A stretch of DNA of 64,000 bases, taken from positions 46,996,001 through 47,060,000 of the forward strand of contig NC_043005.1 in NCBI RefSeq assembly GCF_006345805.1, read 5' to 3'. The first letter of the stretch is position 1. The number at the start of each line of letters is the position of its first letter. The notes beneath the pieces were generated by a model. It did not search any database. It had not been told where the DNA came from and saw nothing but the letters and a program-made list of their open reading frames with translations. Shown piece after piece: positions 40,244-55,069 of this stretch. This stretch comes from Octopus sinensis. Taxonomy: Eukaryota. The position numbers and the translations under genes are program-made.

Positions 40244-41544
40244 GTTTCTATCATATACCTTTTTAAGATGTGTTTAGACGTAAAGTCTTGTTCCCAATCG
40301 TTTTGATCTTCTGTAACACCTCTTTCATTTATTACCTCCTGTAACGTAATTATCCTTTAATTTTTTCACTTGCATTTTCCTCGTGTTTTCAAAAAGGTGA
40401 CAATCTTTCACTGGTATCTTCGTTTTCTGTCATTGTATTGTCTAAAATCTCCATCCCATTAGCCATATATTGCCAGTGTCTTTCTGGCAAATACAGAAAA
40501 TTGAATGTCCTATGCTCTTTTTATTAGCGTCTTATCAATTTATCAAACTGCCATATTACGTTTTATACATGATATTGATCCGAACCAGAGAATCGATTGA
40601 ACAAAGTGCCTCATCTGTTTGTGCAATTACTGACTTAGCCAAACATTTTCAAGTAATCAGATTTTCTTTCTTCAGTTAACTCTTTTATCGTTCGTATACA
40701 TCATTTCACCATCTCCTTATTTAATCCTATACTTATCATACATTCGGTTTGTGTCTGGGAAAGATTTTCCTCAAATATTCCTAATTTTTAACACCAGCCC
40801 ATGGATATGTAGACAAAATATGAAGAGATAAAATAGAAACATATTAATCCAATTATCTAATAACGAAATTAGACTTTTGTTGATTCTATACTCAGCAGAA
40901 AAGAACTATTATGGTATATTCTGTTCAAAAGTTTGTTCGAAAGCAATGTTTGTAATATCACTGTTGGAAGAAGAATATATTATGCTTTCTTGAGAACTGG
41001 ATCTTATAAATATATTGAACTTATTTGTCTACAGTTATCTTTAGGGCTAGGTACAAGATTTTACTATTTTTGGTAAATTAGTTCTGTAAATAATAAAAGT
41101 ACATAAATTTAGAAAATTCTCAATAAAGCTAATTTACGAAACATATGCAATCTTCTAATATCAATATTTTTTTTCTTTTTGAGTTGGGCGGGTGGATTTA
41201 CACTTGGATACTAAAGCAAGAAATTTTTAATGCTACAGATGGAAGCACTTCTTTACAGTCCGTTCGTTTACTTAAAGGATTAAGCTGAAATGTTGTGTTA
41301 TACTACATAGCATGGTCTGATTCGTTCAAAGGACAAAAACTAAAAAAGGAATTGTTTTATCAGACATTTTTTTTTAATTAAAAATTTCAAATTTGAACAA
41401 ATTAAGATATCATTAAACATTTTATTAATTTTTGCTTTTGAAATGATGTGAGATTTGTTACGATATAACAAAAGCTACTGTGATGACCCAAAGAGGTTTA
41501 TAACGAACGCATGAACATATCCTCTGTTAAAATTGAATTAATTA

Positions 41545-41752
41545 ATCATGTGCTTATCCCCACCTCGCGAGCAATTCCATAGATTGTTACATGACAGTCT
41601 TCCATGAATATTCATCGAACCGTCTCAATCGGCTCCCCATTTCGGTCTGTGTTTGGCATGTCTGAGCATGCCTCGATCTCCAGTGTGGTACGGCCATGTT
41701 TGAAGCGGTTGTAGCAGTTCTTGACCCTTTTTGGCCCTTTTCCCATCGCATC
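41545..41752 (-). pseudogene. Mariner transposase N-terminal HTH fragment
   Basis: VKNCYNRFKHGRTTLEIEACSDMPNT...EDCHVTIYGIAREVGIS fits the WF.RFK.GR.S.ED..RSGRP...DRR.T.REIA..VGIS pattern. Confidence 0.75.
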
Positions 41753-43471
41753 ATCATATATACATACGCGTATATGTGTGTTTCTGCTGCCGTAATGTTT
41801 AGTATATCAGTAGTTTGGCGGCATTTATTGACTAAGCAACGGTAGTTTGATTTTCACAGAATTATTCTTAAATAGGTCTAGATATTTGTGTGAAATGTAG
41901 AAATGCGCCCTTAACAGTGTCAAAACAGTCCTTACTGTTTTTGAAGATAAATTTACACAAATGGAGAAGTTTACCAGTGATCATTCTGTTTCAGTATTTG
42001 ATAGGTGCTTTTTTTTTTACTTTGTAAACAGTAGGGTCTAATATATGCATATAGTGAGTTAAAAACCCTCTAATTAATTGAGATTATACATGCAATTAGT
42101 AAAAAATCATCTCTTTAATAGCATTTAAAATTTAAAATCCGACAAAATCATAGGAAAAGGAAGATGATGCTGATTGTAGGTAATCTTGTTAGAGCAATAA
42201 TATCAAATACTGTCGATTGATTTCACCGGTCAACTAAAAGGAAAACAATCTGCTATATACTTCATATTTTGTTTTCCAAAATATTTGACTGTCTGATTTT
42301 ACTGGACTTCTATACTTTACTTGTTACGAATTTAGATTGTTAAACAAACCGAAAGAGTCATTTGGTCAACTAATTGGAGAGAAAACCTTAGATAAATGAT
42401 GATTTCAACTCACTATATTATACACGAAGGATTTAACGTACGTGTTTTTAGGAAGCAACAATTCAGCTGCTTTCCAGCAGCCATATTTTTTTGTGTTCAG
42501 TTGGGTTGATATACTTTATCCGTGAATACAGACCGTGATTAATCTGCAATGTATTAGGGACTTTATTTTATATTTCCCTACTAGATAATATATTTACTAT
42601 TCGTCTACTAATATTCTCTTTCAGATGTTTTATAATTGCAGGTTCATTGTAAAACCATTGTTTAGATATGTTGTTTTACCATTTGGTTCCCGATAGGGAC
42701 AGTACTTATAAGTGTTTAAGCTATAAGCTGCGTCAAGAAAATTTACTATTTACAAATTAATTATTTTAATATTTAAATTCGACTTCAAAATTGATACAAT
42801 TTTTTGAACAGACTAAAGTCATGGCTACTAATATTTTATTTTTAGTTCTGCTTTACGGTTCTCTCTTCGTTACTTCTTGTATTATACTTGTTGCGAATTG
42901 TACGTTTTATAATTATTACTACATTATTTTTATGATGATTTAGGTTGGCGAATGGTTGTGCCTAATTAGTATGGGCTCTGACGTTTACTGGCTTGTATCT
43001 ATATATTTCAGTTACTGAAGTTTTGAAGAAATACTTGTTTAATGTATACAGAAAATCGCTAATATATTCTCTAAACGACTATAAAGAATATTTTTATTAA
43101 GTCTGTTACAGAATGGTTATAGCCATTAATTTGTTTATTTATAGCGGAAAAAATATTAAACTTATTCTGATGCCAAATATATTGCCAATTGGAATGGGTA
43201 TGTAATTAAAAGGGCATGGCAACTGCAGTGTATACATAATTTTACTTTGCAATGTATGTTGAATATAATTTATGTATTTTGTGCAACGAAAAAAATATTT
43301 ATGGGTGTGCATGCGTATGGATGTGTGCGTATGCAAATATGTATGAGAAAAGTAAAAAGTCATAGGTATATATCTATATCTCACTCTATCTATTTTCAAT
43401 CTTTCTCTGTCACTTCTCCTCCTCTCTTTGTCATTGTCTCCCTGTCTGTCTGTCTATATCTAATATATATA

Positions 43472-43513
<42 letters not shown>

Positions 43514-43669
43514 TATGAAATTCGCCTCGAAGCATACACATAAAGATTTAAATAATGACATGCATTAGCTAGCCGAAACTTCGAAAACACTGTTAACAAC
43601 ATTCTTTTATAAGTATGTACTTGTTTATAAATATATGTAAACTGTATATTTGTGCATACACACAAATGA

Positions 43670-43704
<35 letters not shown>

Positions 43705-44764
43705 AGATAATAGTGTCATTGAGACGCAAAGGTGTCAGGTAATGCTGAATAAGTGCTATAGACAGACCATAGTTAAGTTCCAGATTCGTTAATATTGCGA
43801 ATAAAGGGTTCAACGTTGGGTCTATGTCAGCGTGTGTATATAAGGATTTGTATGTATATAAGAATTTATATCTATTCAGCCTTGGTTTTTTATCTTATTA
43901 CGCAAAAAATTCTTATATATATACACACACATACACTTGTATAATATGTGTATGTGTGTGTATCCATCTCTCTCTCTTTCTCTACATATGTATATGCTTA
44001 CTTACATTTTGTATACACTCCTCTGCATGTGTATGTTTTGTTGACAGCGAATACAAATGCACTGGTTGTAGTTCACTTCCTTATTGATCGATTTGCTGAA
44101 TTCTTTCTCACCTCACTCCCCTGTAGTTCAACCATCTATGTGCGACAGCTTTGTTATCTCGGTTACTGATTCGTATATATTACTTACGGTGGTGACACAT
44201 ATAACAGTGATTATGAATGAGATTTTAGAGAATCTTATGTGTAAATATATACTTGTAAATATATATACGTGTAAATATATATATGTGTAAATATATACAC
44301 TGATATGTGTGTGTGTGTGTGTGCGGACGTGTGCGTGTAACACCGGTGAAACTGCATCAGTCAGATAGCTTGCATCTATGTGCGATGTGAGAATATATAT
44401 ATATATATGTCTGTGTATTTACTTGGGTAGATCTCTTTCTTTCTCTGTCTCTCTCTCTCCATTTCCCACCTTCTTTTTTGTATATCTATACCCGATAAAC
44501 ATGCGCGCGAGATGCTCATTCACATACATAGCGAAAAAGACTAAGTATGGCCATATCAGGAACGAAATCGGATTCCACATGATATATTAATGAATAACTA
44601 GATCTGTCAGTCGAAAACACACACACACACACTGTAACTAAATAGTTGATTTCATTGACCTCGGTCGATATTCTCTTCAAGTTTAGCATGTTATCTGTCA
44701 ACACATCATTTCAAACAGCCAAAGTGTGATATATTTAATTTCAATAAATTTTTATAGAACTGTC

Positions 44765-44807
44765 TATCAAACAATTTCGTCGCAGTCCTGCGGTCTCATC
44801 ACCGATA
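44765..44807 (-). ncRNA. Degenerate minimal hammerhead-like motif
   Basis: TATCG-GTGATGA-gacCGCAggacTGCGac-GAAA-TTG-TT-TGATA; stem I 5 bp, position 3 is G. Confidence 0.5.
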
Positions 44808-44866
44808 TCATATTTACATCACACCACATCTATCTACACACATACATACACACACATATACATACA

Positions 44867-44904
<38 letters not shown>

Positions 44905-44907
<3 letters not shown>

Positions 44908-45057
44908 GCTGTGTGGTAAGAAGCTTGCTTCCCAGCCACATGGTTCTGCGTTCAGTCCAACTGCGTGGCATCTTGGGCAAGTGTATTCTACTATAGCCTC
45001 GGGTTGACCAATGCCTTGTGAGTGGATTTGGTAGACGGAAACTGAAAGAAGCCCGTC

Positions 45058-45097
<40 letters not shown>

Positions 45098-45325
45098 CTA
45101 TTTGTTATTTGTGTCTGTGCTTGTCTCCCCACCATCACTTGACAACCGGCGCTGGTGTGTTTACGTCCCCGTCACTTAGCTGTTCGGTAAAAAGAGACCG
45201 ATTGAACACGTGCAAGGCTTACAGAGAATAAGCCCTGGGGTCGATTGGTTCGACTAAAATGGTGCTCCAGCATGACCGCAGTTAAATGATTGGAACAAGT
45301 AAAAGAATAAAAGAAAGTAAAAGAA
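44905..45325 (+). mobile_element. SINE family B
   Basis: GTGGCTGTGTGGTAAG head, core, (TA)n, TAAAAGAA tail. Confidence 0.9.
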
Positions 45326-47349
45326 TGTATATATAAATGAATATGGAATAAGAGTTACTAAATATTTTAAGTACATCTTAAGATTAATGTTAATTTTCTT
45401 CAAAGACAGTTTCATATATACATGTGTGTATATATATATATGTATGTGTGTATCTAGTTATTATGACCTTTAAATGGTCATATGCACTACACCTCATAAC
45501 TAAAAAAAAGAATAAGCCTTTTCGTCAATAAGTTATCTATACCTATAAAATGTGTTAATGCTAATGAAATAACAGCAGACGACTTTGGCTGTATTAGCAA
45601 TATTGAAAAGGTTACGAAATTTACGATACCTACATAGTCCGCATGCAAAAATATCCTATAAGGTTGCAGTCCTTTAAGAATGCTGCTTATAAGCATGTAC
45701 GTTGTTACTCAATTTGTTAGAAATAGAACATAAATCTTCCAAATTACACCTGTTGTATGATTTCTTTGGACTGGAACTGAATATTGAGATTAACTATAAA
45801 CAATTTATCTACATACATTAGCAAATTCACTAAAATATTTCTATTTTTTGCCTGGATAATTACTAGCTTTTTTTTCATACATAGACTCAAATTCCTTTGT
45901 TTTAGTCGAGTGAATAACTCCTATATATTACTTGTACGAAATGTCTTACCCCTCTCTGTAATAATGATCAGAAAAGACGACCCGAGCAAATTAGAAAATC
46001 AAAATCCACAGGGATCAATATAAATGCTATAATATTGTTGCTTTTGAAACTCTCCATTATTGTGTGGAATTAACATACACAATACTCAAAAGGTAATTCA
46101 TAGAATATGGTAAAACAATTATTCATTTTATGGGCTAAAGCATTATATATAATAGCAGTACAAATACTCCTGTACTTCACGTCTTTAAGAGAGCAGATGA
46201 CTTTTACTTTATTTTTATGTCGAACTAAAATGAATTTGAACATGAATGTTATTACAGTGTCATCAATTGTCAACAAGTAATTAATATTTCCTGTCAGATT
46301 GATTCTTGTTGCTTTGATCTCCTAAGCAACCATCGAATTCATTTTCATCTCTTTTGTTTTTCCTTTCATTTACTCATCGCTTCCTTTATAATCTCACTCT
46401 TTATTAACTACAAAATCGCAATTACTTAATATAAACTAGACAGCGCTATGGCTGCTGTTTTGAAAGACGGAAGAACTCAAATGTGGTTAAAATTTTACAT
46501 GTCATGCCTTGTTTGAACTGTTGCAAACCTTAAGACAAGGCAAGTGAAAGGCTTTACCCGAACAAAAGTCGGCAAAATAAGAGCTTGTGATTAGAGTAAA
46601 GTAGTAAAGAAAAGAATTACAGGAAATAACTAATAAATAGACAGAAATTTCAAGTGATTATAAAGATGATTGATTTATTTTAGATCTGTCTTAAGTAAAT
46701 GATAACTAGATGAACCAATACATATTACTTTGAATGAAAACAGTGTATTATAGCTTACCTTTACTCCAGAATAACGAAAATAAAGGAGAGATAAACTAAA
46801 ATGACGCATACAGTAATTACGCAAAGATTTAGCGTATTTTAATGACCCATTATTTTGAATGGATCTTCATAGAGTGAAAGCTAAGGTTAGGTAAATTAGT
46901 TGCAGAGCTAAATTTGGTGTAGACCTTCCATTGTTTAGGCCCTCAATTGCTTGAAATCCTGCAGTTTCATTAATTTCAGCTTCAGTCGATAAATCTGCGA
47001 CTATAATGACTTTTCGAGCCATTTGAAGACAATACTTATTTATGATTGATATTATTACAAAGAATTGTGAAAGAATGTTGAAGAAATTAACACGTTCCCA
47101 AGAACTAGAGTTGCTATAGAAACAATCGAAGGTAAGAAAGCTAGCTAATATAACCAATTCATCATGTTTGCAGGTATTATAGTTTTAAGAATATTTTCTG
47201 AAATATAATCATTCGATTCAAGTGGACAGTATCGAATATCTGAAATAATGATTTCTTTCAAGTGAGCATATTTACTATTAGTAAATGGAATTTTACAGCT
47301 GCTGAGGCATGGCCACGGCTGACTGGCTGAAATTAGTTAAATTAACACA

Positions 47350-47559
47350 ATATATGTATGTATCTGTGCGTTTGTGTATATATTTATGTGTATGTGTATA
47401 TATATATATATATGTGTGTGTGTGTATGTGTGTGTGTATAAATGTGTTATATATATAAACATACATGCATATATACATACACACGCACATACGCATATAT
47501 ATAGTACATATGAATACACACCTATACAGACAAACATATATGTATACATACACACACAC

Positions 47560-47592
<33 letters not shown>

Positions 47593-48290
47593 CGTGTGTA
47601 TACATTCATATGATATATACACATATATATACACATATATACACATATATATATATGTGTGTGTGTGTATATGTATGTATACATATATATATGTTTGTGT
47701 CTGCAAAGGTGTGTATTCATATTTACTTATATACATATAGAGTGGCACACACGCAGGCACACATATATGAATGCACGTATTGGTATAAGCATCGGTGTGT
47801 ATGTGTGTTCCTTTTCACTTGTACAGTCTATGGACACGGCCAAGCTGAAGCACCGATTCGGAGGGTTTTAGCACATGAAATCGACTCTAGCAATTATTGT
47901 TAAAGTGTTATACTTGTTTTAACGTTCTCTAGTTGACCTTGTAGTAACATAAACAGACTTTCGCTCTAGAGGCAGTGACTGGTAAAGGAACGTTACCGTG
48001 GGAGACAAATGCATACCTGCACGTACACACACATTCAGGCATACACACAAACATACATAAATACATGCATACACATGTATATACATGCCTACATGTGCAT
48101 ATGCTTACATACATGCAGACATACATGCATGAATACATACACGCATACATACATGCATAACGTGATTTACTTGAAAAATTACTGTATCTCAGTTCAACAT
48201 GGTTTGAAATCTAGATTTTATAAATATATGCATACATACATGCATACATATATACATATATACACACACACATACATACATACATGCATG
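47350..48290. repeat. Compound (TA)/(CA)/(TACA) microsatellite field
   Basis: Direct reading; source of the spurious YI/HT-rich ORFs. Confidence 0.9.
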
Positions 48291-48406
48291 CATTCCATTT
48301 ACTAATGCAGCTCTTGATGGTCCAAATCGGATGTGCAATCTATGTGGTTGTCTTTTCAAAACATTGTGTGGTCAAACTCTGCATAAGGAGTAGACAACAA
48401 CCACGT

Positions 48407-48904
48407 GGTGGCGCTATGGTCCAGTGGTTAGGGCAGCGGACTCGCGGTCGTAAGAACGCGGTTTCGATTCCCAGACCGGGCATTGTGAGTGTTTATTGAG
48501 CAAAAACACCTAAGCTCCACGAAGCTCCGGCGGTGGGTGGGTGGGGGTTGAACCCCACTGTACTCTTTCACCACAACTCTCTCTCTCTCACTCTTTCTTC
48601 CTACTTCTGCCACAAAGCAGAGGAACCATTTGTGTAACCCACTGTGGTGTGGTAAACTTTCGGACCCTAGTCTAGATTTCGAATCCTCTGTACCCCAGGA
48701 TGGTTCAGCTCTCCACCCGATAAAAGACACCGTTTACGGAATGAGAATAACAACGTATCTTTCGCGCCCGTGCAACCGCCAGTCTATTGCGTGTGGTGGG
48801 TGGACCTTCAAGTTGCCGCACGCATTCTTAGTAGCTTAGAGCAGGCTCGAATTAGAGATTATTCTTTGTGGCTGATGCCGTGAGTCCTGATTGGAAGAAG
48901 AAGA
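48407..48904 (+). mobile_element. SINE family E with (GAA)n tail
   Basis: tRNA-like head TGGTCCAGTGGTTAGGGCAGCGGACTCGCGGTCG...GTTTCGATTCC; ends GGAAGAAGAAGA. Confidence 0.75.
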
Positions 48905-49696
48905 ACAACATCTACCACCACATACATACGTATATATAAATGTATGTGTATTTATATAGATACACACATATATACATACACATACCTATGTATACATACA
49001 TTCATATATAAATACATATAAGGATATATAACAATGTGTACATGTGTATGTATATTTGTATCGGACTGTTATATCATATGGTAGACCTATTCTGGTAGAC
49101 GTAGCAAGTGATGCTGCAGTAGTTATACCAGGTGCGGCATCTTCTGTAGCCAAAAAGCCAACGACATCATAGTTTACTCATTGAAGCAACTGAGAAGCTA
49201 GATAAAGAGACAATTCTTTGTAGACGTAAGTTTTTTTTCTCTTTTGTTTTTAGCAATGATATAAAACTCTGAAGTAGTCGACAAAGTGTTGTTTGATGCA
49301 CATTTTAATCTTTATCATGGTCTTCTTTAGAGTGTAGACACTATCAAATAGTATCAATATAGTTTTAATGTTGCGTCTCTTTTATAGGTCTTTTTAGGAA
49401 GCTTCTCTTGCTACGGCTTGTAGAAAAGACTAAACAATTTGTTGATTTCTCTGATGTTGTTACTGTTGTTCTTGTTATTTTCCTCTATATTGACCTTGAC
49501 CGAATAGAGCTGCCATCAAATAAATTTCCTAGACGCCAACCACTCTATAGTTTTTAGACTTATTTCATCTTGAACTTTATTATCTAACATGTCCTTACTT
49601 TTTTAATGATAACAGCGTGACATTGGGGGGAATTATGGCTGACATCTTTTGGCCAACACTGCAGGCAAACAATATCATACAGGCTTCATTCATTTA

Positions 49697-49780
49697 AGAA
49701 TGCTGCTTGTAAGCTTCTATGTTGTTACTCAGATAGTGAGAAATAGAATGCAAATCTCCCAAATTACACCTCACTGTTTA
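49697..49780 (+). repeat. Unclassified dispersed repeat
   Basis: AAGAATGCTGCTT...GTTGTTACTCA...AGAAATAGAA...CAAATTACACCT recurs at about 45676-45752; related pieces near 26560, 29945 (minus) and 51055. Confidence 0.65.
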
Positions 49781-49970
49781 GAAAATTTTAAAAAAATTAA
49801 TATTTTTGATAATGTATTGTCAGATATATCTCGAAAAAGACATAGCGATCATGATTAAAACGTTTTGTGATTACAAGTTTGCTCGATTTGAACTCATTTT
49901 AGACTAAGCAACAACAACTACTGTAATGCTCTACCACATCTTCTTAAAACGTGATTAAATGAACTATTAA

Positions 49971-50223
49971 GACCCCCTTCGGTCATAACTGACCATGGGA
50001 TTGCACCTAGAAAGTTACCCTCCCAGGTACAAATCCGGGCAAGGTTGTTTAAGGAAGACCAGCAGTCGCCCATGCATACCGGCCTCCCTTCTCCACGACA
50101 CCAGTGTTATCCAAGGGAAAGGCAACAGCAGATACAGCTTGGCACCTGTGACGTCGCAAATCATTTCTACAGCTGAGTGAACTGGAGCAACGTGAAATAA
50201 AGTGTCTTGCTCAAGAACACAAC
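49971..50223 (-). mobile_element. SINE family C, 5'-truncated
   Basis: Reverse complement of about 35048-35291. Confidence 0.85.
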
Positions 50224-50309
50224 AAATGGTCATAGTTATTTATGCAAAGAGCGCTAGATCAGGTAAAAAATTGTTAAAATTCTAAAATACACCGACGCTT
50301 ACTTTAGAC

Positions 50310-50993
50310 CGGGAATTCTCAACCATTTTTTGCCCATGGATCTCTTTGATTCCTATTTTCCTTGGGTGGACCCCTATAGCTATTTGATGTTTAAAAATCT
50401 TATTGTATATTTAAAATGAAATATAATTAGGAATTGTATAAAAGTAATTGCTAAAATATTTTATGTATTGAGGCCGTATAACCAATTTATGGCAGTAAAC
50501 TATAATGGTTTGAAGCACAAGTTTACCATGGACCCCCAACTTATGTTGTATCCTTGAAACCCACAAAATCTTATATAAACGCAGGAGTGGCTGTGTAGTA
50601 AGTAGCTTGCTTACCAACCGCTTGGTTCTGGGTTCGGTCCCACTGCGTGGCACATTGGGCAAGTGACTTCTACTATAGCTTCGGGCCGACCAAAGTTTTG
50701 TGAGTGGATTTGGTAGACGAAAACTGAAAGAAGCCCGTCGTATATATGTATATACATATACATATATGTGTATGCATATTTTGACAACCGATGCTGGTGT
50801 GTAACTTAGTAGTTCGGCAAAAGAGACCGATAGAATAAGTACTAGGCTTACAAAGAATAAGTCCTGGGGTTGATTTGCTCGACTAAAGGCGATGCTCTAG
50901 CCTGGCCGCAGTCAAATGACTGAAACAAGTAAAAGAGTAAAAGAGTTAAAGGGGCCCCCTAGGGTCTATGTCAACTCCGGTTGAGGACCACTG
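50310..50993. mobile_element. hAT (Charlie-like) MITE with nested SINE B
   Basis: Homologous to 33956-34522; TIRs CGGGAATTCTCAACC / GGTTGAGGACCACTG; flanks CTTTAGAC / CATCAGAC; SINE B at about 50578-50946. Confidence 0.8.
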
Positions 50994-51149
50994 CATCAGA
51001 CAGTGACTATTCCCCTGTAATATACATTTCAACGAAACCATCGAAATAGTCCCAGCGGAAAGAGCAGCAAAGTCCGTCTAAAATAACACCCTACCGTACT
51101 GGGCAAGGATAGATACATAGGACAACGATGATCTATTCTAGGATCTTTT

Positions 51150-51651
51150 GCTACTTTCAGTCACTGAGCTGAGACCAAGCTACGTCATCGCCTTGAAGTG
51201 TTTTGTCAACAAACTGGCCGCAATACCTAATTCTTATGCCAGGTACTTATTCTATCGGTAACAGTTGGCGAACTGCTGCTAAGTCACGGGAACTGAAATT
51301 AACCAACACTGGTTGTCAAGCGGTGGTGGAGGCAAGCACAAATACAAGGACACATACATATAGATATATTCATATACATACAAACATATACATATGCATA
51401 CATACATACGTACATACATACATACATACATATATATATGTATATACATATGAATATTATGTATGTGAGTGTGCGTGCATGTGTATTTACGATAGGCTTC
51501 TTTCAGTTTCCCCCTGCCAAATCCATTCACAAGATTTTGGTCGACTCGTGGCTATATTAGAAGCCACTTACACAAGATGCCACGCAATGGAACTAAATTC
51601 GAACCATGTGGCTGAAATGCAAGCTTCTTTCCACATAGCCATAGCTGCGCC
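51150..51651 (-). mobile_element. SINE family B
   Basis: Reverse-complement copy ending CATAGCCATAGCTGCGCC. Confidence 0.75.
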
Positions 51652-51663
51652 TATAAATGGTCA

Positions 51664-51890
51664 GGCGAGCTGGCAGAATCGTTAGCACGTCGGGCGAAAT
51701 GCTTAGCGGTATTTCGGCTGCCGTTACGTTGTGAGTTCAAATTCCGCCGAGGTCGACTTTGCCTTTCATCCTTTCGGGATCGATAAATTAAGTACCAGTT
51801 ACGCACTGGGGTCGATGTAATCGACTTCATACCTATGTCTGTCCTTGTTTGTCCCTCTATGTTTAGCTCCTTGTGGGCAATGAAGAAATA
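51664..51890 (+). mobile_element. SINE family A with 15-bp TSD
   Basis: TATAAATGGTCAGGC at 51652-51666 and 51891-51905. Confidence 0.92.
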
Positions 51891-54051
51891 TATAAATGGT
51901 CAGGCAATAAAAAAAGATTTTTCAACACAGATCTGATCTTTAGGGACTGACCAAAGATTAACAAGAACCGCAAGAAAAGTAACAACTCTTCATAAAATAA
52001 TCTGTAAGATGAGTGGAAAACTAATGATAATCATTGTCACAAGATAGGAAGTAATAAACGATGAAATGGCATAAATTTGTAAGCGTAAAGAAGAAACAAA
52101 AAAATACCAATGTTTCGGTTTGAAAATACGTCCCCCATGAATCTTCTCCATAATAAACCAGTTTATACCAATTTTGAACCGGTTTACAGTTGAATTAGGA
52201 CTTCTGTGCAGGATACAAAATAGCAATCTTTCAAATAATATTCATATCGATTTGATTACCCCTGTGTTCCTAAACATGAATAAATCAAAAAAAAAAAAAA
52301 AAAAGATACATATATAGTTCAGTTTTACAGAAATGTTTGCTTCAAACACAGGGCTGTTTTTTCATATTCATACTAATACAATGAATTATAAATAAGACAT
52401 TAGGAGACACATACACAAACAGACACACGAATTCACAGGCTAACATACGCTTACAGACACACACAAACGCGCACTCCCAGACACATAAACGCACTAGAAC
52501 ATTTAGCCACAAATACTAACACATCCACATACAGACTTCCCTACGCGTATACCGAATTTATTATTCGTTTTCGTTGTATTTTGTGTTTTATAGTTTCGCT
52601 TTTCTCTGTTAGTTGATTTTCTCTTTTGACTTTAAAGTTATACAGGACTTCTACTAACACTTTGCACTGAAATCAATCAATAATACCCCATTGAATTCGA
52701 CCTCTGTCTCTGAATCTCCGAGTTTTTATAACCACTTCTCTTCTCTCTTACCTACCATTATATATATATATATATATCTATATAATATATATATATATAC
52801 ATATATGTGTGTGCGCGCGTATGTTTATATTTGTGTGTTATGAATGTAAAGTAATGTATGTATGTATGCGCTAGGACGCACGTACAAACAAATACGCACA
52901 ACGCACATACACATACCTTTATAAATAAAAAGATAGATTGGTACAATAGCGTGTATGAGGCCTCAGCAACTACACACACACAAAATACATATGTATGTGT
53001 TTGTGTATGTATATATATGTAAATGTATATATATGTAAATGTATATATATATATGTATATACATGTATTTGTATATGCACGTACGTATGTATATATATAT
53101 ATACATACGTAAATACATACATACATACATACATACATATGCCCGTGCGTGTTCATATGCCGGAGAATAGACCTTAGTTGTTAGTATCAGCGTGATTTAC
53201 ATGCTTCCATACGTGGTATGTGTTTATCATACATAGACATACATAAAGAAATAAATTAATGCAACAATATATCATTCATCTGTACGTACTTACATTTCCT
53301 TTTCGCTGTCAGTGTGTTTGTGCGTGTGAAAGAGAAAAGAAAAAGAAAATTGTAGTGTATGTAGGATATGTATTGTAGGACTTACACACGTTTTTGTTGA
53401 CACAATGACCTCGTCAAGACCTCACATCGCAGCCATCAGAAAATATATGACAAAAGGAAGCTGAGAAAAAAAAAAGAGAAAAAAAATGGATGCCGAAAAA
53501 TACAAAAGAATACATATAAGAAAGGGGAAAAAATACAGAAAAAAGATACATCACTGAAAGAATTATATAAAAAGAGAAGAAAAAAACACGCTCCAAAAGA
53601 ATATAAAAGAACGGCAAAAAATAAAAAAAAAAGACCAGCGGTGAGACACTGTTAATGTGTTGGGAGGTGAAAATATAGGCAATGGAAAGAAGGGACAGCA
53701 AAGACTTTCATCCTTTGAAATGATCCGCTATTAATGGTGTTATCCGATAGAATTCGTTATCGCTGAACATCAACTATTAGAGCATGATTTACAAACAAGC
53801 CAGCAATTCGGGCATACCTGATAGGTCACAGAGTTGACGTCAGAATATAGTGTGTTAGGACGTAAGAAGCAAACACACAGGATAGAAGGATTATATATTA
53901 TAGATGCATAGCTAGATAGATGGATGGAGTGTTGGCCAAATAAATGGACACATGGACATACAAATTTGCAAGCAAAGAAACGGTTTATTCACACACACAC
54001 ATATACATACATACATACATACATACATACATACATACATAGACACATACA

Positions 54052-54074
<23 letters not shown>

Positions 54075-54082
<8 letters not shown>

Positions 54083-54700
54083 GTATATCTGAATGTACAT
54101 ACATGTATGTACGTATACATACATACATACGTAAACCTAACACTTTACTCCAAACCATATGTACTGTGTTCTCATAACTAGTTATAGACATCAATATTAT
54201 GTATGTATGTATGTATGAATGTATGTGTTATGTATGTATAGGTCCAGGTGCAGCAGTGTGGTAAGAAGATTGCTGCCAAACAGCACGGTTTCCGGCTCGG
54301 TTCCACTGGTAGCAGCTTCAGCAAGTATCTTCTACTCTAGCCTCAGGTCGACCAAAGCTTTGTAGGAGGAATCGGTTGAATGAAACTGAAAGAAGCACGA
54401 CGTCTATATATATATATATATATATAGATATATATGTATATGTATATATATATATATGTATGTATATATGCATATATGTATACATAAATATATGTATATA
54501 TATATATGTATGTATATATGCATATATGTATACATAAATATATATATATACATATATGTATACATAATATATATACATATATATGCATATACATATATAT
54601 AATATATACATATATATATACATATATATATATTATATATATATATATATACATATATGTATACATACATATATATATATATAGATATATACATATATGT

Positions 54701-54745
<45 letters not shown>

Positions 54746-54878
54746 TGTATACATACATATATATACATATATGTATACATACATATATATACATATATAT
54801 ATAAGTATATGCATATATATGTATATATATGTATGTATTCATATATGTATATATATATATTTATGTATACATACATGC

Positions 54879-54909
<31 letters not shown>

Positions 54910-54999
54910 ATATATATATATATATACATATATGTATACATTACATATATATATATATACATATGCATATATATATATATATATTATATATATATAATA

Positions 55000-55069
<70 letters not shown>

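Noticed and set aside
46860-47157. Possible Penelope RT relic (VDKSATIM)
   Set aside because: Single weak motif with stops; needs a profile search
48407-48480. Functional tRNA gene
   Set aside because: Runs directly into SINE body with no good acceptor stem; treated as a SINE head, like the other tRNA-like segments
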